Shown: positions 9,412-20,207, counted from the first letter of the stretch. The stretch: 64,000 bases of DNA from an uncultured delta proteobacterium (GCA_963737905.1 CAVTUQ010000038.1:32001-96000); one strand, 5' to 3'. Notes: generated by a model from the letters alone, not told the origin. Program-made: numbers and translations.

Positions 9412-11343
9412 TTGGTTGGGGCATCGGCACGCGCCCAACTCCATGAGCATATAGTGACGCCTTTCGCTCCCATCCGCTACCTCGAAGGTTATCTGCCGAT
9501 TGAAGACCACGGTTTGATCGGTGACGGTACCACGGCTGCGCTGATTGGCCGTGATGGAGCGATCGCGTGGCTGTGCGTTCCACGGTTCGATTCGGCTCCT
9601 TTGTTCTGCCGAATTCTGGATTTCAAACGCGGCGGCGCTTTCACTCTGGCGCCCAAGGGTTTGAGTGAATCCCGCCAATTTTACGAACCCGATACGGGAG
9701 TGCTGGTCACTGAGATGCGCTGCCCGTCGGGAGTCGTTCGTTTGACCGACGCGTTGTCACTGCGCTCCGGAGCAGATCTGAGCGAGGACGTTCCAGCGGG
9801 CCGATCTGAACTGGCGCGCTCGGCGCGGGTGGTGGAAGGTCGCGTGCGCCTAAGGATCGAGATCGAGCCCAGGGGTGGCGCGCGCGTGGGCGCTCATGGG
9901 GAAGGGTTTCGGTTACGTTGTCCGTCGCGTCCCGACGTTGAGCTGCACCTTCATGCCAAGGGTCCCCGACCCGTGCCAAGTTTGAAGGATCTGATTGAGC
10001 TAAACGCCGGCGAGCGATTCGAATTGACCCTGCGGTGGGGCGCTCGGCTTTCCAGTCATAGCTATATTTTCCCGGAAGAGCTGCTGCGCGAAACCATCGA
10101 GGCGTGGCATCGTTGGATGCGCCAGTTCCATTATGAAGGCCCCGAAGAAGCGCTTGTGCGCCGGTCGGCGATCACCCTTAAGCTCCTCGATTATACTCCC
10201 AACGGAGCGATTGTAGCGGCGCCGACTTCGTCGCTTCCCGAAGTGATCGGCGGTTCGCGCAACTGGGATTATCGCTATGCATGGATTCGTGATGCCGCAT
10301 TTTCCGTCTACGCGCTGCGGCGCATCGGCTTTAACCAGGAAGCGGACCGTTTTCTCGGTTGGGTTCTCGACGCTGTCGAGCGGGGAGGAGCACCGAAGGT
10401 GCTTTATGATTTGGATGGACAGCAGCCCCGGCCCGAGCGGATAGATCCGGAACTCGAAGGTTATCGACGTTCTGCTCCCGTCCGCTGGGGTAATGCGGCG
10501 GTAGAGCAATTGCAGCATGATGTCTATGGAGAGATTCTCGACTGCGCGTATCAATGGGGCGCTCATGGAGGCGCAATCGACAGTGTCTTATGGCAAAGGC
10601 TGAGAACGCTCGCCGAAGGCTCGCGGCTGGCATGGAGCAAACCGGATCATGGCATCTGGGAGGTTCGCACAGCGGCCAGGCCGTTTACCTATTCTGCGGC
10701 GCTCTGCCAGGTGGCGCTGGATCGGGGCGCGCGCCTGGCCGAGCGCTTCAGCCTGCCGGGAGACGTCAAAGTTTGGCAAGCGGCATCGAATCAAATTCGC
10801 AACGCGATCCTTAACGAAGCTTGGGACGAGTGTCTGCAATCTCTGACCGAACATCTCGGCGGCGGCAAGCTCGACGCAAGTTTGCTGTCGTTGCCGATTC
10901 GCCGGGTCATCCCCGCGACACATCCCAGGATGGTCGCCACCGCGTCCGCTATTGCGAGCGGGTTGAGCGCAGGCAAGGGGCTGCTGTACCGCTATCTGCC
11001 CGAGGAGTCGCCGGACGGACTCCCCGGGCATGACGGCGCATTCCTGCTATGCAGTTTTTGGTTGGTCGATAATCTAGCCCACCAGGGCCGGTTGGATGAG
11101 GCGTTGGCGCTGTACGGCTCGCTGTGCGCTCGCACCGGCTCGTTGGGATTGCTTCCTGAAGAAATCGATCCCGGCAGCGGGGCTTTTCTCGGCAACTATC
11201 CACAGGCATTCAGCCATATCGGAGTCATTTCGAGCGGCGTTCACCTTGCTCGACTGATGAAGAAAGCGACTGCGGAGATGCGGTGGGCTCCACAGGGCCT
11301 CAATAAAGCGCTTGCTGGCGGCCAAAATGTGCGCGCCCAGTAA
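9412..11343 (+). CDS. Glycoside hydrolase family 15 (trehalase/glucoamylase-like)
   Basis: IEDHGLIGD, AAPTSSLPE, RNWDYRYAWIRD, GIWEVR, LLPEEID, GNYPQAFSH. Confidence 0.92.
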   Translation: MVGASARAQLHEHIVTPFAPIRYLEGYLPIEDHGLIGDGTTAALIGRDGAIAWLCVPRFDSAPLFCRILDFKRGGAFTLAPKGLSESRQFYEPDTGVLVTEMRCPSGVVRLTDALSLRSGADLSEDVPAGRSELARSARVVEGRVRLRIEIEPRGGARVGAHGEGFRLRCPSRPDVELHLHAKGPRPVPSLKDLIELNAGERFELTLRWGARLSSHSYIFPEELLRETIEAWHRWMRQFHYEGPEEALVRRSAITLKLLDYTPNGAIVAAPTSSLPEVIGGSRNWDYRYAWIRDAAFSVYALRRIGFNQEADRFLGWVLDAVERGGAPKVLYDLDGQQPRPERIDPELEGYRRSAPVRWGNAAVEQLQHDVYGEILDCAYQWGAHGGAIDSVLWQRLRTLAEGSRLAWSKPDHGIWEVRTAARPFTYSAALCQVALDRGARLAERFSLPGDVKVWQAASNQIRNAILNEAWDECLQSLTEHLGGGKLDASLLSLPIRRVIPATHPRMVATASAIASGLSAGKGLLYRYLPEESPDGLPGHDGAFLLCSFWLVDNLAHQGRLDEALALYGSLCARTGSLGLLPEEIDPGSGAFLGNYPQAFSHIGVISSGVHLARLMKKATAEMRWAPQGLNKALAGGQNVRAQ

Positions 11344-11364
11344 ACATAGCCTCCAGGAGGAACA

Positions 11365-12513
11365 ATGCACTCGCTAATTAATGATTACGCGGCGGGACTA
11401 TTGGACGCTCATGAGAATCCATGCCTTTCGCTCTACCAACCTACTCATAGGTGCTATCCGGAAAATCAGCAGGACCCGATCCGCTTTCGCAACCTGGTAA
11501 AATCGATGGAGCAATCGTTGCGACAGAAATGTACGGCGCGCGCAGTGGAAGCGCTTCTCGATCCCTTTCTGGCTCTGGCCGATGATCGCGACTTTTGGAA
11601 TCACACGCTTGACGGCTTGGCTGTTTTGGCTGCACCCGGATTGTTCCGAGTCTACCGGCTACAGAGGCTGGTCCCGGAGTTGGTTGTGGTGGCCGACACC
11701 TTCCATATCAAGCCGCTGATGCGCATCCTTCAGTCCGCCGATAGATATCAAGTCCTTGGTTTGAACCGGCGGGAGATCCAGCTCTACGAGGGCAATCGTG
11801 ATGTCCTTGATGAGATCGAGCTGGCGCAAGAGGTGCCGCGGACTATAACCGACGCGCTCGGCGAGGAGTTGACCGAGCCGCACTTGACGGTCGCTTCCTA
11901 TGGTAAGGGCGCCGGCGGGCCGCCGATGCGCCATGGCCACGGCTCAAAGAAGGATGAAGTCGATATTGACTCCGAGCGATTCTTCCGTGCCGTCGATCGC
12001 GCGATTCTTGAGCATCATTCGCGACTGTCAGGCCTGCCCCTGATTTTGGCCGCGCTGCCGCAATACCACAATCTGTTTCGCCAGGTGAGCCAGAATCCCT
12101 TTCTGATGGCCGACGGAATCGACATTCATCCGGACGCCCTGCCAGGCGATGCGCTCCGCCACCGCGCCTGGCGGGTTGTCGAGCCTCAGTATCTTGCACG
12201 GCTCGCGGGTCTGGTTGAGGAATTTGGCAGAGCAAAATCCAAGGGACTCGGCTCTGATGAACTGGCGCCGGTCGCCGAGGCCACCGTTACCGGGCGGGTT
12301 GCGACTCTGCTGATCGAAGCTGACCGTCACATCCCCGGACGGATCGACTACGGCTCCGGGCGGATTGAGCACGGCGATCTTGCACACCCGGAAGTTGACG
12401 ACGTGCTCGACGACCTTGGAGAACTGGTCCTCAAGAAGGGCGGCCAAATCGTGATCGTCTCAGCCGAGCGCATGCCAACTGAGACCGGAATCGCCGCGAT
12501 CTATCGGTTTTGA
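11365..12513 (+). CDS. Bacterial archaeo-eukaryotic release factor-like protein (baeRF3-type)
   Basis: CLSLYQPTH, DPIRFRNL, GLAVLAAP, FHIKPL, PLILAA, C-terminal GIAAIYRF; AGGAGG RBS. Confidence 0.75.
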   Translation: MHSLINDYAAGLLDAHENPCLSLYQPTHRCYPENQQDPIRFRNLVKSMEQSLRQKCTARAVEALLDPFLALADDRDFWNHTLDGLAVLAAPGLFRVYRLQRLVPELVVVADTFHIKPLMRILQSADRYQVLGLNRREIQLYEGNRDVLDEIELAQEVPRTITDALGEELTEPHLTVASYGKGAGGPPMRHGHGSKKDEVDIDSERFFRAVDRAILEHHSRLSGLPLILAALPQYHNLFRQVSQNPFLMADGIDIHPDALPGDALRHRAWRVVEPQYLARLAGLVEEFGRAKSKGLGSDELAPVAEATVTGRVATLLIEADRHIPGRIDYGSGRIEHGDLAHPEVDDVLDDLGELVLKKGGQIVIVSAERMPTETGIAAIYRF

Positions 12514-12661
12514 GCTGCAGTCATTCGTTGAGGAAATATCGATTTCATTAAAAGCATAGCTAGAGTCTGGATGTCGCGGCGGCTACGCGTCTCATGAACT
12601 CGGCGAGGAGCGTTTTCTCGATGAGATCGAACGTAAAGCTCTTCGTCGGAGATCAGCCCAC

Positions 12662-12761
12662 AGGGTATTGTCATTATACCCTACAACTCCGCGGTCATAG
12701 ATAAACCCAGCCAGAAAAACCCATGGAAACGAGCTGGATTGCTATTGTATGGACATACAAT
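12662..12761. promoter_or_regulatory. Two inverted repeats upstream of nfeD (putative operators)
   Basis: AGGGTAT-N7-ATACCCT at 12662-12682 and ATTGTAT-GGAC-ATACAAT at 12744-12761. Confidence 0.4.
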
Positions 12762-12850
12762 CGGAAGTGGAGTACGGCTAGCCGGGGAACCTTTGCATGT
12801 CCGTGGATCAAGCGATTTATGACGGCCCTAATCGCACGGGCGCCGTAAGA

Positions 12851-14187
12851 ATGGCGCTGCTTGGTTTCGTGTTTTTGACCACTGTGGTCCTGAGCGGACC
12901 TTCCTTCGCTCAGAAAACTCAGTGGTTTATGTCGCGCCCATCGAGGGCATGATCGATTTGGGTCTTGCGCCGTTCGTTGATCGCGTTCTGCGCGAGGCCA
13001 CCGATGCCGGCGCAGCGGCGGTTATTCTCGAAATCAATACCTTCGGTGGAAGGGTGGACGCGGCGGTTCTCATACGCGACGCCCTGCTCAACGCCAAGGT
13101 TCCGACCGTGGCGTTCGTCAATAAGCGGGCGATTTCCGCCGGCGCTCTTATTGCGCTCGCCGCGGAGAAGATCCTCATGGGCGACGGGGGCACGATCGGC
13201 GCCGCAACTCCGGTGCAAGCCGGACAGCCCGGCGGCCCGGCGCGACCGGTGGAGGAAAAAACCGTTTCCTACGTGAGAAAAGAGTTTCGCGCCACCGCAG
13301 AAGCGCGCAAGCGGCCTCCGCTTGTCGCCGAAGCCATGGTGGACGCGGACGTGGAGATCCCCGGTCTCATTCAAAAAGGAAAACTTTTGACCCTTACCAC
13401 CGATGAGGCCCTGAAGCATAAGGTGGCGGATTTCCGCGCCGACACAATCGAGGGGGTGCTGAAGCAGTTGGGTCTTGCGGGGGGCGAGTTGCGGCGCGCG
13501 TTTCCCAACTGGGCAGAGAATCTTGTCCGCTTTCTCACCCATCCCATTGTCAGTTCTCTTCTCATCACCATCGGCATGCTTGGGATCATCCTGGAAATGC
13601 GCACGCCCGGTTTTGGTGTTCCTGGAGTTCTCGGAATTTCGAGTATCGCGTTTTTCTTCTGGGGGCACTGGCTGGTCCAGCTCGCCGGCTGGGAGGAGAT
13701 GCTGCTGGTGGGTTCGGGCCTGGTCCTCTTAGCTGTGGAGATCTTTGTCACTCCTGGTTTTGGTCTTGCCGGAGTCCTCGGCATTGCGGCGCTTCTTTCA
13801 GGCCTGAGCCTTAGCCTCATCGGCGGCGGCGCCACCTGGGATTTCATCCTCAAAGCGGTGGGTCGGGTAATTTTTTCTCTGCTGCTGGCAGTGGTTGGAA
13901 GTCTAGTCCTGCTGCGCTTTCTACCGCGCCTGCCGTTTGGCAAGCGGCTGATTTTGGAGACCGGCCTTGCCGCGGGAGGAAGGGTACGCTTCGTCACCGG
14001 AGACGGACAAGCAGTGGCTGGGTAAAGGCGGTACAGTGGTTTCGCCGCTGCGCCCGTCCGGTATTGCAGATGTCGAAGGCGAACGAGTGGATGTTGTCTC
14101 CGATGGGGAATTCATTGAGGCGGGTGCGCAGATTGTGGTAAGTCGCGTCGATGCAACCGCATCGTTGTGCGGCGCCAGCGCGCGTAG
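12851..14187 (+). CDS. nfeD: NfeD family membrane-bound serine protease (ClpP-class), split by three 1-nt frameshifts (~12920, ~13978, ~14153)
   Basis: Signal peptide from ATG 12851; INTFGG, AISAGALIA, KLLTLT, TM domain; C-terminal LRPSGIA...RVDVVSDGEFI OB domain lies in the next frame. Confidence 0.85.
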
Positions 14188-14203
14188 CAGAAAGGGGTGA
14201 AAA

Positions 14204-15183
14204 ATGTTCGGAGCTGAGACCGGCATAGCGGGAGGCTTCGCGTTGCTAGTGCTGCTGTTGGTGGGGTTGGTTTTTATCTTGTATCTGGTCCCCCTCCCGC
14301 TCTGGATTGCTGCCTGGGCATCGGGCGCGTATGTGGGGCTCTTCACGCTCATCGGAATGCGCCTGCGCCGAGTGCCCCCCGGCACAGTAGTCACGGCGCG
14401 GATCAGTGCGGTCAAAGCGGGGCTGGATATTCCGCTTAACGATCTGGAGGCGCACTACCTGGCGGGGGGAAACGTTGTCAGGCTGGTCAACGCCATGATC
14501 TCGGCAGACAAGGCCAACATCGCTTTGCCCTTCAAACGAGCCGCTGCCATCGATCTGGCCGGGCGGGATGTTCTCGAAGCGGTGAAGATGTCGGTCATCC
14601 CGAAGGTGATCGAAACGCCGAAAATCGCCGCGGTGGCGAAAGACGGAATCCAGCTCATCGCGGTCTCTCGCGTGACTGTTCGCACCAACATCGACCGGTT
14701 GGTGGGCGGCGCAGGCGAGGAGACGGTCATTGCGCGGGTGGGCGAGGGCATGGTGAGCACCATCGGATCGGCCGCCACACACAAGGCTGTACTGGAAAAT
14801 CCCGATCATATCTCAAAAAATATCCTGAGCAAAGGACTGGATGCAGGAACGGCTACGAGATTCTCTCTATCGACATCGCCGATGTGGACGTGGGTCAGAA
14901 CATCGGCGCGAAGTTGCAAATCGACCAAGCCGATGCCGACAAGCAGATCGCTCAGGCCAAAGCCGAGGAGCGGCGGGCGATGGCAGTCGCTCTGGAACAG
15001 GAAATGCGGGCGCGTGTGGTCGAGGCCGAGGCGGAAGTCCCGCGCGCCATGGCCGAGGCGTTTCGACAGGGCAACCTCGGAATCATGGACTACTATAAAA
15101 TGAAAAACGTGCAGGCGGACACGGCCATGCGCGACGCGATCGCCGAGACGGGAGACGAGCCGACTCCAAGCCAGAGGCGATAG
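14204..15183 (+). CDS. floA: Flotillin-like protein FloA (YqfA), one frameshift near 14853
   Basis: [43 protein letters not shown]; continues IDIADVDVG...[12 protein letters not shown] in the shifted frame. Confidence 0.9.
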
Positions 15184-15191
15184 GAGGAGAG

Positions 15192-15551
15192 TTGAAGAAC
15201 GTTACCGTCGAACAACTCCTTCTTCTGATTATTTTTGTTTTGTTGCCGCTGCTCAATTGGCTGTTGCGCCGATTAGGCCAGCGCCGTGAACGCCAACATC
15301 CGCTACCGCCCTATATGCCCGAACCGCGCCAACGGGTGAGCGAGCCACGTTCCCGAGCGCCGCAGCCTGCACGAGATCGAATTCAGGCCCGGGAAGCGCC
15401 GCCGGCGCCCGTCGCAGTTCGACGTCGCAGAATTTCCAGAAGCTCGTTTTTCCGTACCAGAGCCGAGATGCGCCGGGCGATAATTCTCATGACGATTGTG
15501 GGACCTTGCCGCGCTTCGGATCCGATAAGGGAGAATGATCCATACAGGTAG
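15192..15551 (+). CDS. Hypothetical membrane-anchored protein, third gene of the nfeD-floA operon (YqfB-like)
   Basis: AGGAG RBS; N-terminal TM, Pro/Arg-rich linker, C-terminal RRAIIL.TIVGP.RA. Confidence 0.65.
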   Translation: MKNVTVEQLLLLIIFVLLPLLNWLLRRLGQRRERQHPLPPYMPEPRQRVSEPRSRAPQPARDRIQAREAPPAPVAVRRRRISRSSFFRTRAEMRRAIILMTIVGPCRASDPIRENDPYR

Positions 15552-15566
15552 CCTTCCCAGCCTCCA

Positions 15567-16195
15567 CTACGCAAGATCCTTTCCGACAATGCCGCCTGAA
15601 ACAATGAACTTGAAGGCGTCCTCGACTGAGAAATCCAGGTCGACAACATCTTCGGGGGAGACGATGACCAGGTAGCCTGAGGTGGGATTGGGGGTCGTCG
15701 GAACAAACACCGAGAGCACTCTGTTTCCCGGCACGAGATTGAGATTATCAGCACGCTCGGTCGCGACCAAGCCTATACTCCAGAGACCCTGGCGAGGGTA
15801 CTGCAGGAGAACCACGCGCTGAAAGCTGCGGCTGGGTCCTGGAAAGTTTCGATCATTTGTTTAGCGCTGCTATAAATTGTCTTCACCAGCGGCAATCTCA
15901 GGAGCAATACTTCAAAGGCTGCTAGCAGCCGCTGCCCCAGGATATTGGTTCCGACCAGGCCCAGCAAAAAGATTACGGCGAGGGAAAGCAGAAAGTTGAC
16001 AGCGAGCACCAGAGGGTAGGCCAGATCTTCCAGCCCAAAGAGTCGCAACAAGCCGGTCACCAGCGGCGCCCCGACACAGGTAAAAATGTTAACCAAGAAA
16101 GCAATCAGAACGTAGGTGATGAACAGGGGCAGAAGAATCAACAGCCCTGCGATTAATGTCCGCCGAATAAAGTGAGGCCTTTTGTCATCCGGCAT
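15567..16195 (-). CDS. DUF502 family membrane protein, frameshift near 15838
   Basis: LIAGLLILLPL, RLPLVKTIYSSAKQ; the second frame has VLLQYPRQG, VFVPTTPNPTSG, FIVSGG. Confidence 0.85.
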
Positions 16196-16390
16196 CCGTA
16201 ATTTTCTCCGCTGCGTATCTCTGCTAAGTACGGCAAAGCAAGCCGGTTGAGTCGCTTGACGCCGTGAGATACTGATCGCCTTCGTGCAAAAACATTATCC
16301 CGACAGCCTGCCCAGAGTCAGGGCCGAACTAGAATCTCGTGGAGACAAGAATCCATTATGAACCGCAGCCGCTTTCTCCTCGGGTTAGTT

Positions 16391-16808
16391 TTACTTCGAA
16401 GGAAGCCTGTTCGCCATCTCGTTAAAAGCCTTTTTCCCAATTCCCTGAAGAAAGCTCAGAAACGGCTCGGGCTTGGCGCTCTTCGCTTGCGGCATCGGCG
16501 GCGCTGGCAAACCGCGCGAAGGCTCTATCCTATGAGCAAGTGGCAAAGTGCCATTCTTTCTTCCTTTCACTCAGCACGCCGTTGCGGCCAGGGCCTGCGT
16601 TGCCACTGCCCACCGCGTAAAAAAACCGGGTCCACGTCGAGTCCGTGCTTTTGAACAACCATTCTTCTTTAGCCACCCAAATATGGCTCTGCGTGAAAGC
16701 CAAGGAAGGATAGACCAAGCTGATTTTCTTAGCCTCCTGGCTGACGACGGAAGCGGTTGGACTTAAAAAAGCAGAACCAGAGCAAGGATCAGCGCGCTCT
16801 TTAAACAT
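16391..16808 (-). pseudogene. Internally deleted ABC (SsuA/NMT1-like) substrate-binding protein remnant
   Basis: N-terminal pieces (signal peptide, HIWVAKEE..F.KHGLDVDPVFLRGG..ATQALA) and a C-terminal piece (PQAKSAKPEPF) remain; most of the gene is missing and several frameshifts are present. Confidence 0.7.
16545..16584. repeat. 40-bp direct repeat of 8106-8145 (37/40 identical)
   Basis: aaagtgccattCtttcttcctttcactcagCAcgccgttg versus aaagtgccattGtttcttcctttcactcagTCcgccgttg. Confidence 0.9.
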
Positions 16809-16810
16809 CG

Positions 16811-18169
16811 TTATCCCATTAGCAGCTGGCACAATGGGCGGATATCTTTCAAAGTTTCCAGCCGGTCCAAGTCATCCAAGACGCGGTTTGTCTCGCTTTC
16901 GCTGAGAGTTTGGCGCGCGCAATCCGTAAATTTGCCTTTGAGCTCGTCTGCGGTCATCGGATCTTCGGGACCTCCCTTTGAATGCTGGACTTCACGCGAA
17001 TAGGTCTGACCGTTTTTCAAGCGCAGCGTTACTCTACAAGGCCGGCTTCCCAGGTTGTGGGACGGAAGATTGTTGTCCAGCCTCATTTGGACTCTTTCGG
17101 CCAGTTTCAACACATGCGGGTCCCTGACGGCTGATTCGGTGAAAGCGTCGATAAAGACTCGGCCGTCGATCATCGCCCGGGCCAAAAGATAGGGCATGCA
17201 GAACTTCCCTTGAATTCCGGTTTGAGGAATTTTGAAAACGATTCTGTCAAAGGTGTGGCGCATGACATCGACATCGATGGACTCAACCATCTCGGGTGTG
17301 ATGCCATGTTTCGCCCGGAAGTCCAGTACCGTGTCGATGGCTTGATGCGTCAGACCGCCGCAAGGATAGGGTTTTATTCTGATGCCATCACTCTCCAGTG
17401 CGTAAGACCGTCCTAGTTCTTCTACAGCCTCGTTATGGATGGTCGTTCCGCCATGAAACACGTTGTAGAAGCCCATCCCCGCTTCGATCGCTTGTGCGTT
17501 TGCGGTGTAACCGGATTGCGCGAGTTTCGCCGCCAGGACGCCGTTTCTCGCGCCGAGGCCCACATGCAAGGGTTTGGTCATGGTGCCGAAGTTGCCCACG
17601 ATCCCGCTGGCCATGGAGGCCGCGATCCCTAACGCCATCTCGATTTGAGAAGCACTGAGTCCGAGGAGCTTCGCGCATCCGGCCGCGGCCCCAAAAGATC
17701 CCAAAGTGCTCGGGGCATGCCAAGCGTCATGCTTGCTGTCGCGCAGTGAGTAAGCGAGTTTTCCTGTGACTTCGAATCCTGTCGTATAGGCCTCGAGAAT
17801 CTGGCGGCCGCTGGTGCTCAGGGATTCACCCAAGGCGAAAACAGCCGGGATGATAGGAGCCGTCGGCTGGCCCATAAGCGTAAAACTGTGATCGAAGTCC
17901 ATGGCATGGGCGGCGGTGCCGTTGGCAAACGCCGCCTGCAACGCGGAAGATCTAAATCCCTGACCGATGACCGTGGCTTCCTCCTTCGCGCCTTCCTGGC
18001 GGGCGATTTCAGCGCAGATTTTGGCGTCCTCTTCCTTACTGCCCGCCAGCGCGACTCCAAGGCAGTCCCGCACCGCGATCTTCGCCGTCTCTACAGCCTT
18101 CAGGGGGATCCTCTCATACTTGGTATCAACTACGAACTTAGCAATCTTTTTGGTTACGTCCATAAACAC
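16811..18169 (-). CDS. MmgE/PrpD family protein
   Basis: DCLGVALAGS, ANGTAAHAMDFD, GTMTKPLHVG, IKPYPCG, GKFCMPY. Confidence 0.9.
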   Translation of the reverse strand: MFMDVTKKIAKFVVDTKYERIPLKAVETAKIAVRDCLGVALAGSKEEDAKICAEIARQEGAKEEATVIGQGFRSSALQAAFANGTAAHAMDFDHSFTLMGQPTAPIIPAVFALGESLSTSGRQILEAYTTGFEVTGKLAYSLRDSKHDAWHAPSTLGSFGAAAGCAKLLGLSASQIEMALGIAASMASGIVGNFGTMTKPLHVGLGARNGVLAAKLAQSGYTANAQAIEAGMGFYNVFHGGTTIHNEAVEELGRSYALESDGIRIKPYPCGGLTHQAIDTVLDFRAKHGITPEMVESIDVDVMRHTFDRIVFKIPQTGIQGKFCMPYLLARAMIDGRVFIDAFTESAVRDPHVLKLAERVQMRLDNNLPSHNLGSRPCRVTLRLKNGQTYSREVQHSKGGPEDPMTADELKGKFTDCARQTLSESETNRVLDDLDRLETLKDIRPLCQLLMG

Positions 18170-18297
18170 CTCTCTCTTCGAAACGTGTTAACGAGTTAAT
18201 GTGAAGGCCAATCGACGATTCCATGTTACATCTCAGAGCGAAGAACCGAAGTCAGTTTTGAGAATAGCCTTCTGAACCTGAAAAAGTAGACGGTCGG

Positions 18298-18681
18298 TCA
18301 GTTAGGCTTCTTGTATCTTGCCGTTGGAACGATTTCGGCGACGGTACCGCCGGGAGCTCGGAATTTGACCGGCACCACGCCCGGGTCGCTGATAATTTCG
18401 CAGCCCAGTTTGCCGATCTCCGCCACTGACTGGTCGAAATCCTCGACCTCAATCGCAAAGTGGTGAATGCACGGCCCCGATCCTGCGGCCAATGATTCCG
18501 CGGACTCTTCGCTGTCATATTTAATGAGTGCCAGGTCGATGGCACCGTCGCTCAGGTGACGCGATGTATGGTCTCTGACCTTGCTGGTTTCGACGGGCTG
18601 GAAACCAAATACTTTCTCGTAGAACTGGCTGCTCTTTTCCAAATCATCCACTTTTAGCGCAATATGAACGATGCGTGCCAT
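18298..18681 (-). CDS. VOC/glyoxalase family protein
   Basis: HIALKVDDLEKSSQFYEKVFG, HHFAIEVED; AGGAGG RBS before ATG 18681. Confidence 0.85.
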   Translation of the reverse strand: MARIVHIALKVDDLEKSSQFYEKVFGFQPVETSKVRDHTSRHLSDGAIDLALIKYDSEESAESLAAGSGPCIHHFAIEVEDFDQSVAEIGKLGCEIISDPGVVPVKFRAPGGTVAEIVPTARYKKPN

Positions 18682-18854
18682 GTTTCCTCCTTTAGTTTTT
18701 TCCAGAGGTTTCTCGAATTTATGTCGCTCTAGAAATCGCAGCGTCGGGAGAGTCGAATGCATCTCTTCTATCAAGACCTGGGCAAAGGATGTCAAATCCC
18801 TCACGCGGCTCAGTCGTCGGAACTAACAGAGGCTGACGTACCGAGTATCAATGT

Positions 18855-19196
18855 TTAAAAAGTTACGACTCGCTTCTCGCTTGATAGACGCTTGAGCCCC
18901 CATTCATGCAACCCATCGATGATCGGCTTCAGGGTTTTCCCCGAAGCGGTCAGTGAATATTCCACCTTCGGCGGCACCTCCGGATAGATTCTCCGAGCAA
19001 TAATCCCGTCGCTTTCAAGCTCCCGCAGGTGCTGGGCGAGCATCTTTTCCGATATGCCGCTCAAGCGGCGGCGCAACTCGCTAAAGCGGCTCGCGCCGGA
19101 GAGCAGCTCGCGTAAAATCAAAAGCTTCCATTTCCCGCCGATAATCCCGAGGGTGGTTTCCGCCGGACAACGGGTGTCTTTTTTTCCACGCGCCAT
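18855..19196 (-). CDS. HxlR family winged-HTH transcriptional regulator
   Basis: CPAE..L.IIGGKWK, RFSEL, LRELE.DG, PPKVEYSLT. Confidence 0.92.
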   Translation of the reverse strand: MARGKKDTRCPAETTLGIIGGKWKLLILRELLSGASRFSELRRRLSGISEKMLAQHLRELESDGIIARRIYPEVPPKVEYSLTASGKTLKPIIDGLHEWGLKRLSSEKRVVTF

Positions 19197-19349
19197 ACTT
19201 ACCTTGAGGTTAGACCATTACTTCAAAGTGTGTACTTTACAAGTTCAAAGACGTGGTTACACTGTTTTTAACGTCCTGCGCAAGAGAATCTCACTGCGGG
19301 ATTCCGGGGCACAAGGTATTGGAGTTTGGAGAGCAAGAAGGAGGCCGTC

Positions 19350-20207
19350 ATGAAGTCATTACCAAGACGCATCGAGAAAATCATTGAGCCGCAGGCAGTC
19401 GTAGAAGGGGCGGGCGTTAGGCTCAAAAGAAGCATCGGAACGCAAACTCTGGATTATCTCGATCCGTTTCTTTTGTTAGATCACTTTGCTTCCACGGATC
19501 GGCGCGACTACGAGGCCGGATTCCCCTTGCATCCTCATCGCGGCATTGAAACCGTGACGTATATTCTTTCTGGCGCCGTGCGCCACAAGGACACACTGGG
19601 CAATGCCGGAAGTATCGGCTCCGGCGACGTTCAATGGATGACGGCCGGTCGCGGTATCATGCATGAGGAAATGCCTCAGGTGCGCCCCGAGGGCATCGCG
19701 GGGTTTCAGTTGTGGGTTAATTTGCCGGCACATCTTAAAATGACCGTGCCGAAGTATCAAAATATTCTCGCCGCTGAAGTCCCCGAGATCAAAAGAGAAG
19801 ACGGTACCCTGATTCGGGTGATCACCGGGGAAGTCGACGGCACGCAGGGTCCCGTGAGCGGAATTGCGGCAAATCCGACGTATATGGATGTCTCCATCCC
19901 GCCGCACAGTAGGTTCACTCAGGTCATTGCCAGCGGCAACACGGCGTTCGCCTACCTGTTCCAGGGTGAGGCGAAATTTTTCGGCAGTGAGGACGAGAAA
20001 AAAGTTCTGATTCAGTCTCCCAAGCTGGTGGTTTGGGGCGACGGCGACTTCGTTGACATACTCACCAACGAAAACTCCGCGCGCTTCTTGCTGGTCTCCG
20101 GCAAACCATTGAACGAACCGGTGGCGCGCTACGGTCCTTTCGTCATGAACACGCGGGAAGAGATCGAGCAGGCGCTGCGCGATCTGCGCCAAGGGACCTT
20201 CGTATAG
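19350..20207 (+). CDS. Pirin family protein
   Basis: DPFLLLDH, HPHRGIETVTY, QWMTAGRGIMHEE, YGPFVMN; divergent from the HxlR gene. Confidence 0.93.
   Translation: MKSLPRRIEKIIEPQAVVEGAGVRLKRSIGTQTLDYLDPFLLLDHFASTDRRDYEAGFPLHPHRGIETVTYILSGAVRHKDTLGNAGSIGSGDVQWMTAGRGIMHEEMPQVRPEGIAGFQLWVNLPAHLKMTVPKYQNILAAEVPEIKREDGTLIRVITGEVDGTQGPVSGIAANPTYMDVSIPPHSRFTQVIASGNTAFAYLFQGEAKFFGSEDEKKVLIQSPKLVVWGDGDFVDILTNENSARFLLVSGKPLNEPVARYGPFVMNTREEIEQALRDLRQGTFV

Noticed and set aside
12786-12812. ECF sigma promoter (GGAACC...TCAA) for nfeD
   Set aside because: Spacing is one base short of the usual consensus; too weak to call.
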